IMG/VR virus record: IMGVR_UViG_3300041956_000313
Span: 28,727-92,726 of that record
Length of the DNA: 64,000 nt
Source: a virus
Strand: one strand, 5' to 3'
This document shows, piece after piece, positions 39,021 to 48,736 of this stretch. The position numbers and the translations under genes were made by a program. Position 1 is the first letter of the stretch; the number at the start of each line of letters is the position of its first letter. The notes under the pieces are model-generated. The model had not been told where the DNA came from. It did no database searches and worked only from the letters and a program-made list of their open reading frames with translations.

Positions 39021-40172
39021 GTGGCGAATCAGTTCATCACGATTGGCTCGCAGGGCGGCATCGCGGCTGAGCTCGACTGGCAGGCGCGTGCGTTCGCTCC
39101 GGGTGTCGTGTGGAATCAGCCGATGTTGAGCGCAGCGGAAGTGAACAACTTCCGCCGGCAGAACTCTGCGGGCGGCATCGCTCCTAACATCAACGTCACT
39201 GACGGCAACACGAGATGGATATCAGGTGATTCGGTGACACCGGGGCATGGCTGCCTTGAAATTTTCGTCCCGGTTAATGCAGGCGGCTCTGCCGGCTTGC
39301 CGCTGTCCGGATGGCAGCGGCCGTTTCATGCGATGTTCGCCTCAATGAACGGTTTGCCGTACGATGATCCGGCCGCAGGCGGCACGGTCACGCGTCGCAA
39401 CTACAATCCGAACAATCCGGGCGCCTACAACTACAACACTGGATGGTATGGGCACGCTGACTATCACTCGCAGTCACCGGGTAACTTCGATGGCACTGAG
39501 TTTTACATTCAGTGTTGCGCAAAGATTTCCGCGAATGGCTTCAACGCCGGCAACGACGATGGCAAGCTCTTTTACATCGATCATCAGGACGGTGGCTCAC
39601 AAGAGTTGATTTGGCGCCGTCGTATTGGTCGGTATTGGGAGGGCTACACCGCGTTCGGTGATGCGAACGGCACTGTGCACGGACCACAGGGAGACCGGAA
39701 CGCTTACAACGCGCCCTTTGCCAAGACGTATCTGCAGCCGGGCTCTGATCCGCACAGAGAGCAGTGCTACTGGGAGAACCGTGCTGTCAGTCCGAACGAT
39801 GCAGCTCCGAATTGCTGGGGGTTTCGCGACGACCAGTGGTGCTCTTACCTGTTCTACGTGAAGTGCGGGCATGGCAATTACGACAACATCGGCAACGACT
39901 ACCCGAACTTGTACGACGTAAACAGCACGCTGAACAAGGACTCGATCATCCGTGCATGGGCCGCGCGTCCGGGGCAGACGTCGTACACGAAGCTCGTCGA
40001 CGTCCCGAACTTTATGTTCGTCTTTGACAGCACTCAGCCGAAAGGCTGGAATCAATTCACGTGCAGTGCTTACAACAACAACTCGCAAGTAGTGCAGTCG
40101 TGGTATCACAGATACACGGACATCATTTTCTCGAAGCTGCCTATAGCGTGTCCTCAGGTGTGGGCGGTTTGA
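39021..40172 (+). CDS. MANQF-leader protein 2, beta-jelly-roll/lyase-like
   Basis: GTG start at 39021 gives MANQFITIG; EFYIQ...K, GKLF, DQW, YTDIIFS. Confidence 0.5.
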   Translation: MANQFITIGSQGGIAAELDWQARAFAPGVVWNQPMLSAAEVNNFRRQNSAGGIAPNINVTDGNTRWISGDSVTPGHGCLEIFVPVNAGGSAGLPLSGWQRPFHAMFASMNGLPYDDPAAGGTVTRRNYNPNNPGAYNYNTGWYGHADYHSQSPGNFDGTEFYIQCCAKISANGFNAGNDDGKLFYIDHQDGGSQELIWRRRIGRYWEGYTAFGDANGTVHGPQGDRNAYNAPFAKTYLQPGSDPHREQCYWENRAVSPNDAAPNCWGFRDDQWCSYLFYVKCGHGNYDNIGNDYPNLYDVNSTLNKDSIIRAWAARPGQTSYTKLVDVPNFMFVFDSTQPKGWNQFTCSAYNNNSQVVQSWYHRYTDIIFSKLPIACPQVWAV

Positions 40173-40173
40173 C

Positions 40174-41439
40174 ATGGCGAATCAATTCATTCGAGTCGGC
40201 TCGGGCGGCACACCGGAGTGGTTCCTAAACCTTCCGTACTGGGAACGTCGCTACATCGCGGGCGGGCCGGGGTTCGGGCAGCCGTATCAGAACGGCGCAA
40301 CGATGTTCAGCGTCATGCCCAATCCGTACCCCTACAGTAACAACTGGGGCACGAACAGTCACATTGTTCCGTGGACGTGCGGCGAAGTCATTCAGTCGAC
40401 TGGTGAGTTCATCACTGCGGCTGAAGGTGGGCACGGTGACGGTGTAGATCATAGTATTTACGCTTTCCTCGTGCGCACTGCTGTGCCGTTCTGGAGTCGC
40501 ATTTGGGGGCCGAATATCGTTGCAGGCGGACATGATGCGAGTGCCGGTGCAAACTTGCCGTACTGTGCATGGGGCAATGGTACGCCGCGCACGGCGCACG
40601 GATGGTTCTCGCGAGTCGTCTCTCAGAGAGATAATCGCATCTGGCTGACGATGTGCAATGAAGGCGCGAGCGGCGCGTGGTCGTCTGATCAGTGGTCGAT
40701 ATCGCGAGACAATCTAGGCCCCGGAGTCGTCGCGGCAAATCTGTGGATGTATCACGGTCGACTCTGGACTGACGGCGTGCCCGATCGTTACTACCAGTCG
40801 GCGCCGCACGCGTACGATGAGGTCGCGCACGCTGTCATGCATGCAGTTGAAGGCTCGGGCACAGGGCAGGGCGTGCACAAAGTCGATGTTGCGACGTGCA
40901 TTGCAGCCGGCAATCAAGCCACGACCGGACCGAAGACGCCGGGCTGCACGACGTATGACGTGGGCTATGGGTCGAGTCTCTCGAACTCGTGGTCTGTCAT
41001 CACCTACAACACGTCGCCGCGGTGCTGGATCATGGGCGGACCGGACAGCAACGTGATTGCGGTCTGGAACCTCGAGGCTCCGAACGGCATTCGATTCAAG
41101 ACAGTGGGCGGCAGCATTTCGAATACATCGGGCATGGGAGCTTTCTACAATCCAGGCGGCCGCAAGATCATCGTAGGCGGTCCGTTGAACACGGACGTCG
41201 CAAATGACACGAACTTTTACACGATGAACGTGCCAAGTGATCCGTGGAATGCGTCGACCGGATTTACGGTAGCAACGCGCCCAACCACCGGTGATGCAGT
41301 TCAACGAGCCCCGGTGTACCGTGGAACTTACGGCAAGTTCCGCGCAATCGACATGCCTAACGGTGAGCAGTGCGCGGTGTGGCACAGCGGTTCAGCGAAT
41401 CAGCCGTCAATGGTCGCGCGGATTCCTCAGGTAGCGTGA
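40174..41439 (+). CDS. MANQF-leader protein 3, beta-propeller-like
   Basis: EGGHGD, PRTAHGW, YGKFR; Gly/Trp-rich. Confidence 0.5.
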   Translation: MANQFIRVGSGGTPEWFLNLPYWERRYIAGGPGFGQPYQNGATMFSVMPNPYPYSNNWGTNSHIVPWTCGEVIQSTGEFITAAEGGHGDGVDHSIYAFLVRTAVPFWSRIWGPNIVAGGHDASAGANLPYCAWGNGTPRTAHGWFSRVVSQRDNRIWLTMCNEGASGAWSSDQWSISRDNLGPGVVAANLWMYHGRLWTDGVPDRYYQSAPHAYDEVAHAVMHAVEGSGTGQGVHKVDVATCIAAGNQATTGPKTPGCTTYDVGYGSSLSNSWSVITYNTSPRCWIMGGPDSNVIAVWNLEAPNGIRFKTVGGSISNTSGMGAFYNPGGRKIIVGGPLNTDVANDTNFYTMNVPSDPWNASTGFTVATRPTTGDAVQRAPVYRGTYGKFRAIDMPNGEQCAVWHSGSANQPSMVARIPQVA

Positions 41440-41446
41440 GGGCAAC

Positions 41447-41896
41447 ATGAGAACTATCAAGCTAAGTCTTGCGTCTCCGGGAAAGTACGGTCTGGTGACG
41501 GTCAAGTCGGACGCTCAGACGATCGAGCGCGAGTATCGGATCACTGCAGACGAACTGCGAGCTCTGCATGCGTCAGTGAACGATGCGCCTCCGGGTCTCA
41601 CACAGCAAAAGTGGAATGAAGGCTTTTGCTACGTCGCGGGCAAAGACCATGACGTCGGTGATTGCGACGTGCAGAACGGCGAATTTTTGCGTGTGATGTA
41701 TCACGAAGAGATGGTTGCCGGGCGCATCATCAGTGAATTTGCGATCTTCGGCAAAGGTGAGTGGAGCGGGGACGCGCCTAATGTGAGTGTCACTGTTGAA
41801 GCGATCAGAGAGCTTGCCGATGCAGCAGCCGAAGCTGGCAAGACAGTTGTCATTACTAGGATCGAAAATGGCGAGATGACTGTGGAGAGCATCTGA
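41447..41896 (+). CDS. Hypothetical protein
   Basis: GAGGG SD. Confidence 0.6.
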   Translation: MRTIKLSLASPGKYGLVTVKSDAQTIEREYRITADELRALHASVNDAPPGLTQQKWNEGFCYVAGKDHDVGDCDVQNGEFLRVMYHEEMVAGRIISEFAIFGKGEWSGDAPNVSVTVEAIRELADAAAEAGKTVVITRIENGEMTVESI

Positions 41897-41897
41897 C

Positions 41898-43970
41898 ATG
41901 GCGGCGCTATACAGCAACGCGAGCAGCGGTGAGAACACTGCCTCCTCGTCTCTGACCTGGGCACACACTGCGGGCGGCAACGGCCGCGCGCTGTTCGTGT
42001 TCGTCGCAGGCGAAGTCTTCGGACCGACGTTCACTGGCGCAACCTATGCCGGCGTCGCGATGACGCAGGTCGTGCAGTCACAGTATCTGACATTCCTGCG
42101 GTATGCAGCGTGGGCACTGGGCGGCCCGACGGGTGCCACCAACAATGTCGTTGTCACGGGTTCGAGTGCCTGGGACCGTCTGTGCGGCACTGCTGTCAGT
42201 GCGGGTGGCGCAGACGCCGTCACGCAGTTCAGCGCGGCGAACTCTGCTACAGGCAGTGGCTCGACGGCGAGTGTGAATCTCGCCTCCACCGCAAATGACC
42301 TTGTCATTGATGCGTGCTGTTTCTTCAACGGATCAAAAGACGATGTAGTGCCTGGCGCAGGTCAGACGCAACGTGTGCGTGCCGGCGTGAACTGGGACCA
42401 AGTCATGACGACTCGGACCGGTGCTGCCACGTCAACGACGATGACGGAGACGACCAACGGCAATCCGGGCTCGTGGGTCATCGTTGCGGTCACCGTGCAG
42501 GGCGCGTCCGGAGGCACGAGCCAGTCATTCAGCTTTGCAGGCGTGGGCTCACAAGCTGGGTACGGTAGCCCGACGATTGCTGACGTTGCACTGTCCATTC
42601 AGCCCGCTGGTAAGTCGTCTGCAGCCGTTTACGGCGCACCGGTGGTACTAGGAGACGACCTGCTCATTTCGCCGGCGGGTAAGTCTTCTGCGGCAGCATA
42701 TGGCAGCCCGACGCTGACGAAGCCGCTCACGGGCACGCTGACTCCGAGCGGTGTAGGTTCGCGTGCAGCGTACGGTGGGCACCTGATTGCGGATGTACAG
42801 CTCACTGTCAACGTGCTTGCGGGTGTGAGCTCAGCGGCACTCTACGGCTCGCCGATACTGGCACTGCCCGGGCACATGGTGTTTCCGAATGGCATTGGCA
42901 CTCGTGTGGCGTACGGCTCGCACATCTTCTCGAAGCTGTCCATCAAGACGATATTGCCTGCCGGTATTGGTTCGGCGCGCACTACCGGCTCGCATACGCT
43001 CGTCAAGCCGACTGCAAATCAAGGTGTCTTCTCGGCCGCGTCGCAGGGCACGCACACGATCAGCAAAGTCACTGCGAAGTCGATCCAACAGCCTTTTGCG
43101 ACGTCGAAGGCTGCGTACGGCAACTTCGTCATCACCGAGGTGCAGCTCAACATTGCTGTGCCAGGCAAAGCGTCTGCCGCGGTTTACGGTTCGCACACGT
43201 TGATGAATATCGGCGTTCTCGCGCTGTTCCCACTCGGGGTCAGCTCGTTTGCAATGCTGGGCAATCACATCTTTGCCAAGATCAGTGCCAAGAACATCAT
43301 TCCGCCGTCCGTGACGTCAGCGGCCGTGTTCGGCAATCTCACGATTGCGGACGTCGTGCTCAGTGTCTCTATGACCGGAGTGCCCTCGGCCGCGGCATAC
43401 GGCTTGAGCGTCGTGAACAAAGTCGGCTTGCAGAACATTCAGGTTCCAGGCAAGACGTCAGCAGCCGTGTATGGCACGCCGACTCTGTCTCTGCAGTCGT
43501 TGCGGATCACGCCGGCGGGCATTGTGTCGGCCGCGCTCTATGGCAATCTCACGATTGCGCACGTGGCGCCCAAGGTTGTCACGATCACTGCCGGTGTCGC
43601 ATCGATTGCGGCGTATGGCACGTTCGAGATAAAGAACCTGCCGAAGGAAGTTCTGCCGGAAAGCACACCGTCGAAAGCTGCGTACGGTAGTCACAACATT
43701 TCCGATGTGTTCTTGCAGTTCTTTCCGTTCAGCGCACCGTCTAAAGCGGCAGTGGGCGTGCCGTTCATCTTCTTGCGGAATGCGCAGCTCGTGCAGATGT
43801 TCAGCGGCGTGGTCTCTGCAGCCGCGTGCGGCTTTCCCACTCTGCAGCATCTTGTGCAAATCATCGGCATGAACGGAGTGCCGTCAGCACAGTCATTTGG
43901 GAACAATCTGTTCGGCCCCGGCAACATGCCGACGTTCCGCAATCCTGACATCCTCGTCCTTTCGTACTGA
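41898..43970 (+). CDS. Repeat-containing fibre-like virion protein
   Basis: N-terminal beta domain then about 20 copies of a ~24-aa G-x-x-S-x-A-x-Y-G-x-[PH]-T-h repeat. Confidence 0.75.
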   Translation: MAALYSNASSGENTASSSLTWAHTAGGNGRALFVFVAGEVFGPTFTGATYAGVAMTQVVQSQYLTFLRYAAWALGGPTGATNNVVVTGSSAWDRLCGTAVSAGGADAVTQFSAANSATGSGSTASVNLASTANDLVIDACCFFNGSKDDVVPGAGQTQRVRAGVNWDQVMTTRTGAATSTTMTETTNGNPGSWVIVAVTVQGASGGTSQSFSFAGVGSQAGYGSPTIADVALSIQPAGKSSAAVYGAPVVLGDDLLISPAGKSSAAAYGSPTLTKPLTGTLTPSGVGSRAAYGGHLIADVQLTVNVLAGVSSAALYGSPILALPGHMVFPNGIGTRVAYGSHIFSKLSIKTILPAGIGSARTTGSHTLVKPTANQGVFSAASQGTHTISKVTAKSIQQPFATSKAAYGNFVITEVQLNIAVPGKASAAVYGSHTLMNIGVLALFPLGVSSFAMLGNHIFAKISAKNIIPPSVTSAAVFGNLTIADVVLSVSMTGVPSAAAYGLSVVNKVGLQNIQVPGKTSAAVYGTPTLSLQSLRITPAGIVSAALYGNLTIAHVAPKVVTITAGVASIAAYGTFEIKNLPKEVLPESTPSKAAYGSHNISDVFLQFFPFSAPSKAAVGVPFIFLRNAQLVQMFSGVVSAAACGFPTLQHLVQIIGMNGVPSAQSFGNNLFGPGNMPTFRNPDILVLSY

Positions 43971-43979
43971 GGCATTGCA

Positions 43980-44372
43980 ATGGCTGCAATCACTGTATTC
44001 AACGGCCGCGACAACGAAATCAAGATTGCGCTGATCAACGACGGCGTGCCTATCAGTGCCGAATTCGTAGGCGGTGTCTGTGTCAATGTCTACGATAGGA
44101 AGCACGGATCGTTGCTGCGCTTTGTCGAGGGCCGTGCCAATCAGCCGAACTTCCAGAGCGTGTTTGACGTCGGTCAGTCGGAGCTCGTGCCAGGTGGCGG
44201 GGACGTTCCTATCCGCATCATCTCGATGGCACTCGGACTCGTGCAGCCGCGACTGCCGGTGGGTCAGTATCTGTGGGCCGAGCTGATTCTGTTCTCGCCC
44301 AACAAGCCGCACGGTGTCAGTTGGGCGCAGTTTGCGCTGGCTGTATATATCGAGAGCCCGGTGATTGTATGA
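43980..44372 (+). CDS. Hypothetical (putative structural) protein
   Basis: GAGG SD; beta-rich. Confidence 0.55.
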   Translation: MAAITVFNGRDNEIKIALINDGVPISAEFVGGVCVNVYDRKHGSLLRFVEGRANQPNFQSVFDVGQSELVPGGGDVPIRIISMALGLVQPRLPVGQYLWAELILFSPNKPHGVSWAQFALAVYIESPVIV

Positions 44373-44941
44373 CCACCGACGACACGGCCGTTGGCAGACT
44401 AGAGTTTCGTCTCGACGGAATGCTAGAGACATTCCGTAAGCGACTCATCGACGCCGTGCAGGGCATTTTGATCAAAGCAGTTACTTTTGGAGGACGTGTG
44501 GAGACACAAACGAGTGTGGCGGGTCCGACCGCGCAGACCTTGCCAGCACAAGTCGAGAGCCCGAACGGTGTGAATGCACAGACGGGGCAGGGAGGTGCGT
44601 TGATCATCAACAACGAGACACTGGGCAAGGGAGTTGCAGCTCTGCTGATAGGTGCCGTGATCTTTGCAGCGTTGCTCGCAGGTGTATCAATCACTTTTGC
44701 AATCGTCGCTCAGATGCAGGTGAGTGCGGAGCGCAGTAATGCACTCGCTCGTGAAGCTGAAGCACGTGCACGCAGTGAGCAGGCACTTGCAGCTCTGCAA
44801 AGCCGCTTCGAGGCCGTGAACACGGAAGCGCGCATGGCCGAGTACTACATACTCGAACTTGACGGGAAGCTGATGGCAGGCGGATTCATTCCGCCGTCAC
44901 GCGGCTATGGGCAGTGGAAAGCGGAAAGGAGCAAGAAATGA
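44369..44941 (+). CDS. Single-TM membrane protein
   Basis: ATGA overlap; hydrophobic segment followed by coiled coil. Confidence 0.6.
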   Translation: MTTDDTAVGRLEFRLDGMLETFRKRLIDAVQGILIKAVTFGGRVETQTSVAGPTAQTLPAQVESPNGVNAQTGQGGALIINNETLGKGVAALLIGAVIFAALLAGVSITFAIVAQMQVSAERSNALAREAEARARSEQALAALQSRFEAVNTEARMAEYYILELDGKLMAGGFIPPSRGYGQWKAERSKK

Positions 44942-45138
44942 GTGGTGGTGGCGGTGGACGGATCATCATCCGTGCAGCGATTCGCGAGACTCTCGAAGAC
45001 CCGACTGTTTCGGGGCACATCGAAGGGCAGCGGAAGTTGCGGATGGAGTCGATTCTCGCGAAGGAAGACGATGAGTGGACGGACGACGACACGCATTTCA
45101 TGATGCGTTGTCAGTCGCACGCCTACGACTGCATGTGA
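44938..45138 (+). CDS. Hypothetical protein
   Basis: AGGAG SD, ATGA overlap. Confidence 0.45.
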   Translation: MSGGGGGRIIIRAAIRETLEDPTVSGHIEGQRKLRMESILAKEDDEWTDDDTHFMMRCQSHAYDCM

Positions 45139-45184
45139 AGTCCTGTGAGGGCGTTCGCGCGCCCTCACTCTTCAGGAGTATGAG

Positions 45185-45724
45185 ATGGCACTGACAGCGT
45201 TCATTGATGCGTGGACTGCGACGAAGCGCGAGGAGGGCGGCTACGTCAACAATCCGCGCGACAAAGGCGGGCCGACGAATCACGGCATCACTGAAGCTGT
45301 CGCACGTGCTAACGGCTTCTCAGGCGACATGCGTTCGATGACTGTTAGCTGGGCACGCATCATTGCAAAGAAGCAGTATTGGGACATCATGCGGCTAGAT
45401 GACGTCGCAGTGCTTTCTGCAGCCGTTGCTGCCAAGCTCTTCGACGCGGGGTTTCTGTGCGGCACCGGTAGAGCAGGCATGTTCTTGCAGGAATCGCTGA
45501 ACGTGCTCAACCGTGACCAGAAGCTTTACGGAGATGTGAAGGTTGACGGAGTGATTGGTCCGGTGACGTTGATGAACTTGCGGCTGTACATGAACGCGCG
45601 TCGCGGAGACAATGGCGAGGCAGTGCTGCTGAAAGCGTTGAACATCAAGCACGGCGCATACCTGATGAGTATCGACAATGAGGAGTTCACATTCGGGTGG
45701 CTCGCGAACCGCGTGAATATATGA
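45185..45724 (+). CDS. Endolysin, glycoside hydrolase family 108 with peptidoglycan-binding domain
   Basis: EGGYVNNPRDKGGPTNHGIT, VDGVIGP.T, FTFGWLANR. Confidence 0.93.
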   Translation: MALTAFIDAWTATKREEGGYVNNPRDKGGPTNHGITEAVARANGFSGDMRSMTVSWARIIAKKQYWDIMRLDDVAVLSAAVAAKLFDAGFLCGTGRAGMFLQESLNVLNRDQKLYGDVKVDGVIGPVTLMNLRLYMNARRGDNGEAVLLKALNIKHGAYLMSIDNEEFTFGWLANRVNI

Positions 45725-45740
45725 GGGGGCCGAGAGCAAC

Positions 45741-46226
45741 ATGCATCTGGGAGAGGAAGAGCTTAAAGCAATTGTTGCATGGCTAGTTGCAGGGGGACTG
45801 GGGCTGATTGCGACGCTGTTGGTTTGGTTTGCGCGTCGTGAGTGGGGACGACGTGATACTGATTTGAGTCTGATTCAGACACGAGTGACTAGCATAGAAG
45901 GCAAGCTGGACACGTTTGTGACCTGCGAGGACTTCAACAAAGTAATCACTGAGCTGCGCGCCGAACGCCGTGCGCAGCATGATCAAGGCACCGCTTTGCT
46001 AGAGAAGATCGATGCAAAGATGGATCGCAACGAGGCGAAAGATTCGAAGACGCGGCACGATATCAATGACACCGTTCACACAGTCAAATTGCAGAATGCT
46101 GTCATGAAGGCTCAGTTGGAGGGACTCGACAAGTCAATCAGCAGCCTCAAAGGTAACGTAGACAAATCGCTAGAGACATTGAGCGAGCAAGTTCAGGGAC
46201 TGTTGAATCGCGAGAGACAGAAGTAA
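45741..46226 (+). CDS. Membrane-anchored coiled-coil protein (lysis module)
   Basis: One N-terminal TM then heptad repeats. Confidence 0.55.
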   Translation: MHLGEEELKAIVAWLVAGGLGLIATLLVWFARREWGRRDTDLSLIQTRVTSIEGKLDTFVTCEDFNKVITELRAERRAQHDQGTALLEKIDAKMDRNEAKDSKTRHDINDTVHTVKLQNAVMKAQLEGLDKSISSLKGNVDKSLETLSEQVQGLLNRERQK

Positions 46227-46249
46227 GTTTCACCGACAGGAGAGCTGAC

Positions 46250-46711
46250 ATGCGTTTCCCATCACTTCAAGCCGAGACCTTCACCCGTGCGACGTTCGGT
46301 GCTCTTATCGTCATGACGATTGTCTGCGCGCTGACAGCGTGTGCCATGCCAAACGGTCAGTACCCATCGACAGCAGCCGAGATAAAGGAATTCATTCAGC
46401 AGCCGCTGCCACTGCTGATTCTGATGCTGCTCGCGGCTCTAGGTTCTGCGTGGAAGCAGATGTGGGTAGCTGTGAAGGGCGACGCTGAACGCAAAGTGAC
46501 TCCTTACACTTACTTCGTGCGCAACTGGCCAGAGACGCTCATTTCGCTCGGCGTGACTATCGGACTCTGGCTTACGTTGATCGTGACTGATTCACTGAAC
46601 TGGGCTGCGATCGGCTTCGGGTACATCGCGAATGACACTGCGGACATATTCACGAAGCGCGGCCGCTCGGAGCTCGTCGCGACCGGCACGCAACCGCCCA
46701 AGCCTGAGTAA
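46250..46711 (+). CDS. Putative holin
   Basis: Several TM segments; near endolysin. Confidence 0.55.
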   Translation: MRFPSLQAETFTRATFGALIVMTIVCALTACAMPNGQYPSTAAEIKEFIQQPLPLLILMLLAALGSAWKQMWVAVKGDAERKVTPYTYFVRNWPETLISLGVTIGLWLTLIVTDSLNWAAIGFGYIANDTADIFTKRGRSELVATGTQPPKPE

Positions 46712-46739
46712 CGTTTTCTTTCAACCGGAGGTCAATGCA

Positions 46740-47234
46740 ATGAAGAAGTTCATGATTGGGGTGCTCAGCACGATTGGCGTGCTGATGCTGATGACAGGGT
46801 GCATGGGCACACGCACGGCGTACAAGGCGGCGCAGTCACCGTCCGACTATGCATGGGTAATCTCGAAGCATTACGAGGCCCTGCAGACGGAAGCGATCCG
46901 GTTGAAAGATGCCGGCACGCTGAATGGCGCAAACCTCGAGAACGTGCGCGCGATCGATGCCAGTGCAGCTCCGCTAGTCACGAAGCTCGGACCACTCGCG
47001 CAGACTTTCACGGATGCGAAGGAAGCGTATCAAGCCGGCAAGAGTGCACAGACGCAAGCAGCTTTCGAGAAGGCGCAAGCAGACTTACAAGCTGCGATCG
47101 ATGCGGCCGTGGTCCGAGTTGCGGAGCTCTCGCGGATCATCACGAGCTTCGGCGGCAAAACCGGAGCACTGCCTTTGCACGGTCCGCCGCTTGCATACAC
47201 AGAGGTTATCGGTCTCGTTCCGATTTACGATTGA
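46740..47234 (+). CDS. Lipoprotein, possible spanin component
   Basis: MKKFMIGVLSTIGVLMLMTG-C lipobox; helical body; GGAGG SD. Confidence 0.6.
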   Translation: MKKFMIGVLSTIGVLMLMTGCMGTRTAYKAAQSPSDYAWVISKHYEALQTEAIRLKDAGTLNGANLENVRAIDASAAPLVTKLGPLAQTFTDAKEAYQAGKSAQTQAAFEKAQADLQAAIDAAVVRVAELSRIITSFGGKTGALPLHGPPLAYTEVIGLVPIYD

Positions 47235-47260
47235 GTCAACACTGAAGAGGAGCAACGACG

Positions 47261-47869
47261 ATGGCAAAAGCAAAGACGGCGCGCAACGAGGAACCCTCGA
47301 CACTCGACGCGTTACACAGTGATGGTGATGAACACGAGTTCGTCGAGGGTGAAGAGCCGGAAGCGCCGGAGTACAACGGCCCGACGTCGTTCAACACTGC
47401 AGGCTCACTGCTCGTGCTGCGCGGCCTTGCGCATCTGTTCGCAGCCGTGACCACGCAGCATGCAAACGCCAAGATCACGATCCTGAATGGTCTGGCGGAT
47501 GCAATCGAGTCCGGGCAGAACGTCGACAGAGAAATGCGCAAGGTGGCGCAAGCTCTGAAGACTGGCGAGCTGAAGGACTGGGACGCGGTCGCGAAGTCGA
47601 TCAACGAGAACAGTCGGCTGCTGAATTTGCCGGCAGCTTCTGGCAATGCACCGCCTGCGGGTGCAGCCGCACCGGCTCCGATCGGCAAGCCGCCTGGTCC
47701 CGATTCGGGCTCGGGTCCGCGCTCGACACCGCCCGTCGCAACTGACGAAGACGTTGCGCGCGTCACCGGCAGTGCCACGCCGCTGACTGCGGGTGCAGGT
47801 CCGGTCGGCGGACTGCCGAAGGATGATGAAGAAGACAAGGAAGGCACGGACGAGGACGACGATAAATAA
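47261..47869 (+). CDS. Hypothetical protein with Pro/acidic tail
   Basis: GAGGAG SD. Confidence 0.65.
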   Translation: MAKAKTARNEEPSTLDALHSDGDEHEFVEGEEPEAPEYNGPTSFNTAGSLLVLRGLAHLFAAVTTQHANAKITILNGLADAIESGQNVDREMRKVAQALKTGELKDWDAVAKSINENSRLLNLPAASGNAPPAGAAAPAPIGKPPGPDSGSGPRSTPPVATDEDVARVTGSATPLTAGAGPVGGLPKDDEEDKEGTDEDDDK

Positions 47870-47895
47870 TCGTCTAGCCTCGCGGGGGTCTACGG

Positions 47896-47933
47896 AAAGA
47901 GACCGGCACGACTGACAGTGCCGGTTTTCTTTT
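47896..47933 (+). terminator. Intrinsic terminator ending the late operon
   Basis: GACCGGCAC-GACTGACA-GTGCCGGTT hairpin followed by a T-rich tail. Confidence 0.8.
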
Positions 47934-48169
47934 GGCTGAAACTGTCACTCAAGACGCATCACACCTCGATTTATAACGTGCGTGGTTGCCGCGATCTATG
48001 CATCACCCATGCATCGGTACCTGGTCGCACTAGAAAACTCGAACCACACGCTGTGCGTTCGTTATAAAGCATTCTCCGTATATTTCTGCAGTGAGACGCG
48101 TGGTGCTTGCACGAATGAGCATCGTGTACACTCCGCCCTTCCTGTTCAATGTGAAAGAGGATTCGAGAA

Positions 48170-48589
48170 ATGAATGTCAGTCTGCAGACGAAGCGCTGGG
48201 TGGTGCTTGCCGAGATGATGCACCTGTTCCAGATGAAATCACGCACGGCGATCTACCGGTGGATGGAAGAAGGAATGCCCTCACATCAGTTGCTTGCTGC
48301 TCCTGGTGGGAAAGGCTTTCGAGCGTTTGACATCATCGAAGTGGTGAACTGGTGTCAGAGAAACGGCCGCGCCCTTCCTCTGGCACTTGCAATGCATGCT
48401 CGTCGAGTCCAGGACAACGAGGAAGAAGGGCACACACTCAGGTATGACGACGCGGTGACGGAAATCGTCCGTGGTTCTGTTTTGCGTGCGCCTGTGTTGA
48501 AGAATCGCATTTCCTCGGTCAAGCGCAAGCCGGTGCGTGATGATTCGAGGAAGTCTGGTTCGCGCGTGCGCACGAATTTCCTTGGCTAG
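48170..48589 (+). CDS. Winged-HTH protein resembling the lambda Nu1 (terminase small subunit) DNA-binding domain
   Basis: SRTAIYRWMEEGMP...GGKG...FDIIEVVNW versus Nu1 SIRTIQNWQEQGMP...GGKG...YDSAAVIKW. Confidence 0.6.
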   Translation: MNVSLQTKRWVVLAEMMHLFQMKSRTAIYRWMEEGMPSHQLLAAPGGKGFRAFDIIEVVNWCQRNGRALPLALAMHARRVQDNEEEGHTLRYDDAVTEIVRGSVLRAPVLKNRISSVKRKPVRDDSRKSGSRVRTNFLG

Positions 48590-48736
48590 GCTTACTTTGT
48601 CCTTTCAAGACCTTTCCTTGCGTCTATCTTATCTACTACTACGTAGTATCTAATCTATCCCCAAAGAAAGGAATGTAAAGGAACGCGAGGAAAAAATTTT
48701 CGATGGTGCTGCAGAAATACGAGAGTGAGGCACAAA

